A stretch of 64,000 bases of DNA from the NCBI RefSeq assembly GCF_963921235.1, contig NC_086097.1, forward strand, positions 39,248,001-39,312,000. Direction: 5' to 3'. Below, in pieces: positions 37,501-49,500 of the stretch. The position numbers were made by a program, and so were the translations under genes. The notes under the pieces are model-generated. The model saw only the letters and a list, made by a program, of their open reading frames with translations. It was not told the origin of the DNA and did no database searches. The stretch is from Mobula hypostoma. Its lineage: Eukaryota. Within the stretch, counting starts at the first letter, position 1; the number at the start of each line of letters is the position of its first letter.

Positions 37501-40500
37501 CATGTTTTATAAAGTTGTACCATAACCACCTCTTGTGTGCTCTCCGCTTCTGGGGTTGGTTAATGAAGGCATGTGTCCCATATGCCCTGATAACTTCCTC
37601 ATTAATAGTGCTGCCTCCTTCAGGAATCCATGGATTTGCATGCCAAAGGCCCTTCTTAATACACACTCTGGCTCAAACATGCATTAAGTTTTCCCTTACT
37701 TTATTAATCTTCCCAGGTTGCACTGCCATGTGCTAAAGTGTACAGTTTTTGATGATATCTTGAATACTCCTTCTTCACTTTACGTGGCTATAGACTGGAG
37801 ATTCCCAAGAGACAGTGGGATATTGCATTTTGTCTTGAAAGACTTCAGAACATTCTTGAATCTTTTCCCCGTCTCATGACAGAACTTGTGTCTTTATTGG
37901 GAGTGTGATTTTTGGCATCCAATCGATGGCCTTGCAGGGAATTTGGAGGACTTTTACAGAGTTTGTGTTGGTGGTACATTTTCTGTCCTTGAGTTGCCTG
38001 GCAGTCCAGGAATCAAAAGTATGTAGAATATAAACACGAGATTCTGCAGATGCTGGAAATCCAGTGCAACAAACACAAAATGATAGAGAAACTCAGCAGG
38101 TCAGGCAGCATTTATGGAGAGGAATAAACAATAGGTGTTTTGACCTAAGACTTCATCAGGACTGTTGAGGAGGGGAGAAAATAAGAAAAATCTGATTGCT
38201 TTTGGCGTTTGTATTCATACTTGATTTCCAGTGTTTGCTTTTTTCCCCTTAAATTAAATTTGTTAATAGTGATGGGGTATTACATTCTAAGCCAATAATT
38301 ACAAGTTTACTTTCTGACCTGTTATAATAATGTTCTTCTCATGACCTCAGATCCCTGAACAGGATGAAACCTACTTGGAAGATAGTTTTTGTGTTCGGGA
38401 AGATGATGAAAATCAAACTGAATTAAGTGATGATGATATTGTTAATTTTGATCTCATTGGAGAAGACAATCAGTATTTAACTCGGCACAGAATGAGATCA
38501 AAAAAGGCAGAAAATCAAAATGGCAAAGATGAGTTATCCAAAAAAAAGAAAAGCAGACGCATCATTTTATTGGATGATTCCAGTGAAGAGGAATTAGATA
38601 CGAATATGAAACGTCAATTGGCAGAAAGTGTTCCGATACAAGACAGCAAGAGTAAACAGACTCCTGAAGATAAAAATGTTACCTTATGTTCTTCTGGACA
38701 AAGATTGGATAGCTCTTTTAAAAAGTCCATTTCAAAAAATACTTTACGAGTAGCAGAAAGTGATAAAAGGAAACCTTCAGCTCTTTGCTCCTTGGACAGA
38801 AGCTGCATGTTCAGGTTGAATCTCCAGTCTTGTGTGTCTGAAACCTTGGACTTCCAAGTGGAGCAAAAATGTTCAAGAAGGTGCAATTCAACTCTTACTC
38901 CAGAAAGTTCAAAGATTAAATGCAACACAACGCAAGACAAAACAGAAGTAAAATCCCAAACCAATGAGCTTCACTTTATTGATCCTGTTGTAAGTATTGT
39001 TGAATGAGTGTGCTTTTGTACAATATACAAAATTAACTTTAAAATCTGACTGGCTTCTATTAATTTAATTGACTACACTGCATCCTGATTAACGTTTCTT
39101 TAACTTTCTCTATCATTATGCTTAAATTGATTGGTTTGTAGTTGCTGCGATGATTCTTGCTCATTTTTTAAAAATGTGTGTAACAGTTACATTTCACGCA
39201 GCCCTCTAGCGTCAAAGCTGTATTGAAGGATGATTGAAAGATTAGGATCATTACCTCAGCAATATCTAAACTCTCCTCCACCTTTTTTGGTTCAGCATTT
39301 CCTTGCTTCATCTTATTCCCTCTCTTATCACCCTAGATATCTTATTATTTGTTTCTTCTTAATTTTGCTACTAGTAGGAATCGTATCTGCTCTATACACT
39401 GGGCATTGTTCAATTACAGTTTTGTCTACAAATTGTTTATTAATTTATTACACCAGGTCTGTTACCAATGCGTTGAAATTTCCCGCCTATATTTGTGTTT
39501 TTACTGTAACTTTCTGCTTGCTCCTTTTCATACCCTAATCCTTGTGAACCTAAGATTGAAGATGAAGGAATTAATTTTAGACTTCAGGAAGGGGGATGTT
39601 GAGGGAACGAACACCAGTTCTTATTGAGGGATCAGAAGTGGAAAGGGTGAGCAGTTTCAAGTTCCTGTGTGTCAACGCCTCTGAGGATCTGTCCAGGGCC
39701 CAACATATTGATGCAGTTACAAAGAAGGCGTGACAGTGGTTTTGTATCATTAGGGGTTTGAGGAGAATTGGTAATGCACCAGGGACACTTGTAAATTTCT
39801 GCAGATGTACCATGGAGAGCATTCTAACTGGTTGCATCACTGTCTGGTATGAAGGGGCCCATTGCACAGGTCAGAAAAAGCTGCAGAAAGTTGTAAACTC
39901 AGTCAGCTCCATCATGGGCACTAAACGCCCCAGCATCCAAGACACCTTCAAAAGGTGATGTCTCAAAAAGGAAGCATCCATCATTAAGGTCCCTCAACAC
40001 CCTGCCATCAAGGAGGAGGTACAGGAGTCTGAAGACACACACTCAGTATTTCAGGAACAGTTTCTTCCCTTTGCCATCAGATTTCTGAATGGACAATGAA
40101 CCCATGAACACTATCTCAGTATTTTTCCACTCTCTTTCTGCACTACTTATTTATTTAAATAATGTCAGTCAGATGAAGCAAGTGTATCTGAAAGAACATT
40201 CAGAATCAGAATCAGGTTTAATATCATTGGTATATGTTGTGAAATTTGTTGTTTTGCAACAGCAGTACAATAGTTTTTATTATTCTGCATTGCAATTTAC
40301 TGCTGCTGCAAAACAACATATTTCACAACATATGCCTGTGATATTAAGTCTGATTCTGAGTGTTCTTTCAGGTACACTTACTTCACTTGACTGACTTTAT
40401 TCTCCAGCACGGTTTCTTACCTTCCTATGTTGCTAGGGTAGGAACATACTGATCACAAAGTCTTCATCGCACTTCAGAATTTCTTCCCCGTTTTGTTGAT

Positions 40501-43500
40501 TATTGTATTATCAAAGTCCATTAGGCAACTGAATCCCTCCAATGTTACTCGTTTATTCTTGCATCTCCCTGCACATTTCAGTAATCCTTTCCATTTGCTT
40601 GAGGCCAATAGAATACGACCAGCAATATAATGAATCTCTACTGAACACTCCTGGAAATATTTCCATTAATCAATACAGCCACCACCCTGCTCTTCTTCTC
40701 CTTAGAAACCATAGAAAAACTACAGCACAGAAACAGGCCTTTTGGCCCTTCTTGGCTGTGCCGAACAATTTTCTGCCTAGTCCCACCGACCTGCACACGG
40801 ACCATATCCCTCCATACACCTCCCATCCATGTATCTGTCCAATTTATTCTTAAATGTTAAAAAAAGAACCCGCATTTACCACCTCGTCTGTCAGCTCATT
40901 CCATACTCCCACCACTCTCTGTGTGAAGAAGCGCCCCTCCCCCATGTTCCCTTTAAACTTTTCCCCCTTCACCCTTAACGCATGTCCTCTGGTTTTTTTC
41001 TCCCCTTGCATCAGTGGAAAAAGCCTGCTTGCATTCACTCTATCTATACCCATCATAATTTTATATACCTCTATCAAATCTCCCTTCATTCTTCTACGCT
41101 CCAGGGAACAAAGTCCTAACCTATTCAACCTTTCTCTGTAACTGAGTTTCTCAAGTCCCGGCAACATCCTTGTAAACCTTCTCTGCACTCTTTCAACTTT
41201 ATTAATATCCTTCCTGTAATTTGGTGACCAAAACTGAACACAATACTCCTGATTCGGCCTCACCAATGCCTTATACAACCTCATCATAACATTCCAGCTC
41301 TTATACTCAATACTTTGATTAATAAAGGAATACTTTGATTAATAAAGGTCAATGTACCAAAAGCTCTCTTTACAACCCTATCTACCTGTGACACCACTTT
41401 TAGTGAATTTTGTATCCATATTCCCAGATCCCTCTGTTCTACTGCACTCCTCAGTGCCTTACCATTTACCCTGTATGTTCTACCTTGGTTTGTCCTTCCA
41501 AAGTGCAATACCTCACACTTGTCTGTATTAAACTCCATCTGCCATTTTTCAGCCCATTTTTCCAGCTGGTCCAAGTCCCTTTGCAGGCTCTGAAAACCTT
41601 CCTCACTGTCCACTACACCTCCAATCTTTGTATCATCAGCAAATTTGCTGATCCAATTTACCACATTATCATCCAGATCATTGATATAGATAACAAATAA
41701 CAATGGACCCAGCACTGATTCCTGTAGCACCCCACTAGTCACAGGCCTCCACTCTGAGAAGCAATCCTTTACTACCACTCTTTGGCTTCTTCCATTGAGC
41801 CAATGTCTAATCCAATTTACCACCTGTCCATGTACACCTAGCGACTGAATTTTCCTAACTAACCTCCCATGCGGGACCTTGTCAAAGGCCTTACTGAAGT
41901 CCATGTAGACAACATCCACTGCCTTCCCTTCATCCACTTTCCTGGTAACCTCCTCGAAAAACTCCAATAGATTGGTCAAACATGACCTACCACGCACAAA
42001 GCCATGTTGACTCTCCCTAATAAGCCCCTGTCTATCCAAATGCTTGTAGATTCTGTCTCTTAGTACTCCCTCCAATAACTTACCCACTACCAACGTCAAA
42101 CTTACTGGCCTATAATTTTCCAGATTACTTTTCGATCCTTTTTTAAACAACGGAACAACATGAGCCACTCTCCAATCCTCCGGCACCTCACCTGTAGACA
42201 CCGACATTTTAAATATATCTGCCAGGGCCCCTGCAATTTCAACACTAGTCTCCTTCAAGGTCCGAGAGAATACCCTGTCCGGTCCTGGGGATTTATCCAC
42301 TTTAATTTGCCTCAAGATAGCAAGCACCTCCTCCTTTTCAATCTGTACAGTTTCCATGATCTCACTACCTGTTTCCCTTAATTCCATAGACTTCATGCCA
42401 GTTTCCTTAGTAAATATAGACGCAAAAAAACCATTTAAGATCTCCCCCATTTCTTTTGGTTCCGCACAAAGCCGACCACTCTGATCTTCAAGAGGACCAA
42501 TTTTATCCCTACAATCCTTTTACTCTTAATATACCTGTAAAAGCTCCTTGGATTATCCTTCACTTTGACTGCCAAGGCAACCTTGTGTCTTCTTTTAGCC
42601 CTCCTGATTTCTTTCTTAAGTATTTTCTTGCACTTTTTATACTCCTCAAGCACCTTATTTACTCCCTGTTTACTATACATGTCATACAACTCTCTCTTCT
42701 TCTTTATCAGAGTTGCAATATCCCTTGAGAACCAAGGTTCCTTATTCCTATTCACTTTGCCTTTAATCCTGACAGGAACATACAAGCTCTGCACTCTCAA
42801 AATTTCTCCTTTGAAGGCTTCCCACTTACCAATCACATCCCCATCTTACTTCCCCATCTCTGTGGAACATATATTCAGGGATATTTAAGCAACCAAACCT
42901 GCTAGGATTGTATCAGATCTATCACCATGCTTTTAAAATTTCATGTTTTGTTTTTGTATCTTTAGCTCATTAGCCTTTTATCCCAAGCTTTGTGTTTACA
43001 AACACAATACTTTCCTGGAAACTGCTATATTCCCTCTTCACATGGAATCATGTCATGCTACTTTTATTTGCTCTTGTATCTGCCTCTCTCAATCTGACGT
43101 TCACATTTTTTCTTAATCAATATTCCAGTTCCCTTTTCCAACCAAATTAGTTTAAACACTTCCTAAAACAATACCAGCGTTAACTATAGATGTGCCTTTG
43201 GATCGTGAGTGATCTGATGTTTCTAAGTATGTTGGTAAGCAATAGTACAATAAAATCCATTTCTTATTACAGATGGACAAATCACTGGGGAAGAACGATG
43301 CCTCCACAATTTCAACATCAGGTGAAGCTCTGTACAAAGATCATCTTACTGCTATTACACACCCAGTGTCTTCTGGAACAGCTCCACTGCAAATTCTTGT
43401 AGACAGTCGAGAAATTTCCTCTGGGCCAAATCTGGTTTCTTCTCTACGTATTCAACATGGCATTAAAGCTGAAATTTGTCCTCTCAATGGATGTGATTAT

Positions 43501-46500
43501 ATAGTGAGCAACAGAATGGTTGTGGAAAGAATATTCTTATTGGAGTTTGCAAGCAGTGCAAACCGAAGTAAGTTTATCAACCGTATTCAGCACCTTCAGG
43601 CCATGTTTGAACGTATATGTGTCATTGTGGAAAAGGACAGATCAAAACCAGGTGAGAATGTTTTTTTTTCCCATAATTCTTTGAATCAGATAGTATTTCA
43701 CAAAATCTTTTCAGGTTTCCAAGACACAAAAGATGTATACTTCAGCTATGATGTTGAGAACATCACAAAAATTACTTGTTTAGGTGTAAACATTTGTAGA
43801 TATCACTATAGTAAGGTTCTCATAATATTTTATTCTAATACACTATAGGTGCACAAAGCAAAATACAAAACTGGACACTGGAGAAATGTGCACATATATT
43901 AAGACTACTTTTATAAACCTACTCCTTAAGATGTTGAGAATAGAGCTTTCCTGTTCATAGGGGAGAGAGGTCAATGAATATTAGAATATAGAAGTATATT
44001 TACCTAGTAAATTGCATTATTAATTCTTCAGAATTTAGGTGGAGTTTAGCGGAGGTGGAAGAAGGATGGGACCTACTGGCCTTTCAGTGACTTCATACTG
44101 TCATCATCCTTTTATTGTGCAGAAACTATATAGTCCTAGCATTATTATATCACATACTTGTTTGTGACATTTTTCTTTCAAAGTGGTTGATGGCTTCTGC
44201 GTGTCTTCAAAAATACTTGATTACTGTGTGGGAATATGTGTAGGATAGTCTTTTTCCCAGGGTGGAAATGTCAAGTGCTAGAGGGCATAGCTATAAGACG
44301 AGAGGAGGTGGTGATGTAGATAGTTTAGAAGTCTGGCAAAGGATACAGCAGAATGTAGATCAGTTGTAGAGAAGGTTGGAAAAGTGGTAAATTGGGGGTA
44401 ATCAGGCCAAATTTGAAGTGTTGGACTTTCGGAGATCAAACGTGAAGAGAGGTTGCACTGTTAATGGAAAGACCCTTAAAGTATTGATGTGCAGAGTGAT
44501 TTTAAGGTCCTAGTCCATCGCTTACTGCAAGTGGCTACATAGGTTGATAGAGTCATAAAGAAGGCATATGGCATGCTTGCCTTTATTAGTTCAGGAATTG
44601 AGTTTAGAGTCAGGAAATTATTGCAGCTTTATAAAACTCCAGTTAGGCTAAAGTTTTACATACAGTTCTGGTCACCCTCTTATAGGAAGGATGTTGAAGC
44701 TTTGGAGAGGGTTCAGAAGATGTTCACTGAGATGATTCTTGGATCAGAGTACAAGTGGATTATTTTCTGTGGAGCGTGGAGACTGAGGGGAGATGATATA
44801 GAGGTTTATGAGAGGCATAAGAAAGCCAGTATCTTTTTCCCAGGATTGAAATGTCTAATACCAGAGGGCATGCATTTAAGGTGAGAGGGGCATGTTGAAA
44901 AGGGATTGTGACCCAGAGGGCCTTCTATGGTGCTGTACTGTGCCAAGTTCTAGTTATCGCAGGGATAAACCCGGTAATTATAGGACTGTTATTCTGATGT
45001 CAATGGGGAAACTTCTGAGGGGCAGGCTTAATCTAGAGTTAGAAGGGCTGGGATTGAACTGTATAGTTAACAGATTTATTAGTGGAAGATCTTGTCTGAT
45101 TAGTTGTTTTTTGAAGAGGTAGTACAGTTGATGTGTTTTATATGAACTTCAGTAAAGCCTTTGACAAAATCCAAATGGAAAGCTGGTCCAAAAAGTTAGA
45201 GCCCATTGGGATCCAAGGCAAAATGGCAAATTGGATCCAAAATTGGGTTAGTAATAATAGGCAGTGTGTACTAGCTATTCTTGTGATTGTAACTTATTAA
45301 TTCTGCATTTAAGTCATTAATGTAAATAAACATTAATGATTTGGATCCATAATTAGTAAGTTTGCAGATGATATGAAAATTGGCGGTGTTGATGATCATG
45401 AGAAGAATAGTTATTGCCTACAGGATGATATTGATCAGTTGCTAAATTGGGCTGATCAAAGGCAGATGGAATTTAATCCTGATACATGAGAAGGTGATAT
45501 ACTTCAGTAAGTCGTGGATAGGGAAGGTTTAGAGGAACATGGTCAACAAGGACAAGTTGGGCTGAAGGATCTCTTTCTCTGCTGTATTAATCAATGTCTA
45601 ATAGAGTATTGAGGAACGGGGGCACTGGTGTACAAGTCTAAAGATCCTTCAAAGTGGCAACATGGGTAGATAGGATGGTGAAGAGATGTTTGCTTCATTA
45701 GCCTAGACAGGGAATATAAGAGCAAGGAGGATTTGGTAAAGTTTTATAAAACATTAGTTAGGCCACAGCTGCAATAATGCACTTTGATCTAGTTGCCATA
45801 CTGTAGGAAGGATGTGACCACATAGAAGATAGTGCAGAGGGGATTCACCAGAATGTTATCTAGTATGGATTGATTCAGTTATGAGGAAAGACTATGCTTT
45901 AGCTTCTTTGGTGCAGAAAAGGCCAAAGAGGATCCTGAGAAATGAAAAACAAAAAGCCTAGGTATGGCAGCGATGTTCAAGACTAAAAGACATAAGGTGA
46001 GGAGTAAGAGGTTAGAGGGGAGATGAGGAAGAATTTTTTTCCCCACCAGAGGGCATTTACACTCTGGAACACACTGTCAGAGTAGGTAGCTGGTGATGGT
46101 GGTGGCGAGGTACTTCCACTGTTGTTGGTAAGGAGTTTCTACATTCTCCCTGTGAATGGGTGGATTTCCTCTGGGTGCTTCAGTTTTTTCACACAGTTCA
46201 AAGAGGTACCAGTTGGTAGGTTAATTGGTCATTGTAATTTGTCCTGTGATTAGGCTGAGGTTATATCGGGGGATGGCGGGCAGTACAGTTCAAATGGCCG
46301 GAAGGGCCTCTTCTGCACTGCATCTCAATAAACAAACAGAAACATAGAACATAGAAATCTACAGCACATTACCAGCCCTTTGCCTGTACTGTTGTGCTGA
46401 CCATGTAACCTGTTCTAGAAATTGCCTAGAATTTCCCTGTCGCATAGCGCTGTTATTTTTCTAAGCTCCATGTACCTATCTAAGAGTCTCTTAGAAGACC

Positions 46501-49500
46501 CTATTGGATCCGCCCCCTACTACCTTCGTTGGCAGTGTATTCCACACACCCACAGCTCTCTCTGTAAAAAAAAACCTCTGACATCTCCCTTGTACCTTCT
46601 ACCAAGCTGTGCCCCCTCATGTTAGCCATTTCAGCCCTGGGAAAAAGCTTTCAGCTATCCACATGATCAATGCCTTTTGTCATCTTATACACCTCTATCA
46701 GGTCACCTCTTATCCTCTCTCGCTCCAAGGAGAAAAGGTCAAGTTCACTCAACCTATTCTCATAAGGCATGCTCTCCAATCCAGGCAACATCCTTGTAAA
46801 TCTCCTCTGCACTCTCACTATAGTAACCACATCCTTCCTGTAGTTAGGTGACCAGAGCTGAACACAGTACTCCAAGTGGGGTCTAACTAAGGTCTTATAT
46901 AGCTGTTACATTACCTCATGGCTCTTGAACTCAGTCCCACAACTGATGAATGCCAACTCACCATATGCCTTCTTAACAACATTGTCAACCTCCGTAGCAG
47001 CTTTGAGTGTCCTACGGACACGGATCCCAAGATCTCACTGATCCTCCACACTGCCAAGGGTCTTACCATTAATATTATATTCTGTCTTCAAACTTGACCG
47101 ATTGAAATGAACCACTTCACATTTATCTGGGTTGAACTCCATCTGCCACTTCTTAGCCCAGTTCTGCATCCTGTCATTGTCCCAGTGTAACCTCTGACAA
47201 CCTCCAGACTATCCACAACACCCCCAACTTTTGTGTCATCAGCAAACTTCGTAACCCACCCTTCTACTTCCTTATCCAGGTCATTTATAAAAATCACTAA
47301 GAGGAGGGGTCCCAGAACAGATCTCTGTGGAACACCACTAGTCACCATCCTCCATGCAGAATGCAAACTATCTGCAACCACCCTTTGCCTTCTGTGGGCA
47401 AGCCAGTTCCTGATCTATAAAGCAAGGTCTCCTTGGATCCCATCCCTCATTATTTTCTGAATGAGCCTTGCATGGGGAACCTTATCAAATGCCTTACCGA
47501 AATCCACATACACTACATCGACTGCTCCACCTTCACCAATGATTTTGTTACATCCTCAAAGAATTCAATTAGGCTCGTAAGGCACAACCTGCCCTTGACA
47601 AAGCCATGCTGACTATCCCTAATCAGATTATGTTTCTCCAAATGCTCATAAATCCTGCCTCACATGATCTTCTCCAACAACTTGCCCACCACTGAAGTCA
47701 GACTCACTGGTCTATAATTTCCTGGGTTATCTCCACTCCCTTTCTTGAACAAGGGAGCAACATTTGCAACCCTCCAGTCCTCTGGTACTACTTCCATCCC
47801 TATTGATGATGCAAAGATCATCGCCAGAGGCTCAGCAATCTCCTCCCTCGTTTCCCACAGTAGCCTGGGGTACATCTCGTCCGGTCCCAGCAACTTATCT
47901 AACTTAATATCTTTCAAAAGCTCCAGCACACCCTGTTTCTTAAAGTTTATACACTCAAGCATTTCATTCTGCTGTAAGCCATTCCCACAATTGCCAAGGT
48001 CCTTTTCACTGGTAAGCAAGCTTTTAAACAGCAGTTGGATGATCACTTGATGTTTAACCGACTATGCCTTGGTAAATGCAATTGGTTTGGGTAAGTATAT
48101 GAGGGTTTGGAAAAGAACATGGTGTGTGGAAGGGCTCTAACTCCAACACTAGATTGGGTATAACCATAGATCTTTGAGTGTACTACTACGAAATATGTCA
48201 ATTTAGTGTAAAGCATAAAAGAATGTGAGGTCTCTTAGACATGACATGAAATATGCATAAGTAATTTCCTACCTCATAACAAGAAAAAAATAAGATTAGT
48301 GGTTTTGTTTTTGATTTGAAGCAAAACAAGTTGTGCTGATCTCTATAATATCGATGAATTACAGGAGATACATCTAGAATCTTTCAGAGAACCAAGTCCT
48401 ATGATGGCTTGTTGTCAGCTCTGACCACAGCTGGAATTAGAATTTTATTTAGCTCTGGTCAGGAGGAAACTGCTGGTTTGCTTGCTGAACTTGTCCACGT
48501 TGAAGAGAGAAAGAATGCTGCCATTACTGTACCATTGGAGGTTAGCGGTCTCCGACAACAGATTTTACAGTTCTACCTCAGCATCCCTGATGTCAGTTAT
48601 ATAACAGCTTTAAATCTCTGTCACCTCTTCAGCTCTGTGAAAGAAGCTGCAAACAGGTAAAATGTTTTGAGTTCCATCAGTTTTATTTACATCTTAAATG
48701 AAAGTTAGTGGTATAACATTATCTTCCTCCATCCATATTCAAATTATTTGCTGCGATAACTTCCCTCACACATTAAACCAGTAGTAGAGGATAAAAGTTA
48801 TTTTGTTAGCATATATAGTTTGTTATTTGTGATCTCAAGATTTGTTGTTCTTTCAAGTTGTGTAAGTGATTTAGAGGTATTATGGTAAATTGCTTGACAT
48901 CAATGCAGTTAAGTACCTCGTTTTCCTTAAACTGTTGTCTAGAATACAAATTCTAATACAGGTCGACCTTCACTAATCCAACTACCTGTTCGATAATCTG
49001 GCACTGATTATGCTTAATATGATCCTTCTGTAATTCGGCATTTTCACTAATCCGGCACTCCTCAGGTCCCAGTGGTGCCGGATTAGTAAAGGTCGACCTG
49101 TACTTAGTGGAACATTCATGAAGTTTATCCTCACTTGCAAAGAAATTTAGTGTTCCAAGGCCCACAGTTGCTCAAATGGTTTAAATTCTATTGCAGGTGC
49201 AGTGTTTTTAATACGTAAAGAAGACTGGAAATCTAATGCAAAGATGTCACAAGAATTTATTGATTAAAATAAAATATTTACTTGAAATATGTCTTGCATG
49301 TATTAAAGATGGTTATTAACATCTGGGGGCATGGTGGTCATCAAAAGTTATATTACAATTTATTAATGATAAAGGTCTTAAACTAATGGTAATTTTTTTG
49401 TTAATTTTCAGTTCAGTGGTTGAAATCGCAACTCAAGCAAAGGTCAGCCACCTGCGAGCTGAAAAGATTTACCGTTACCTGCATTATCTGTTTGATCCAC

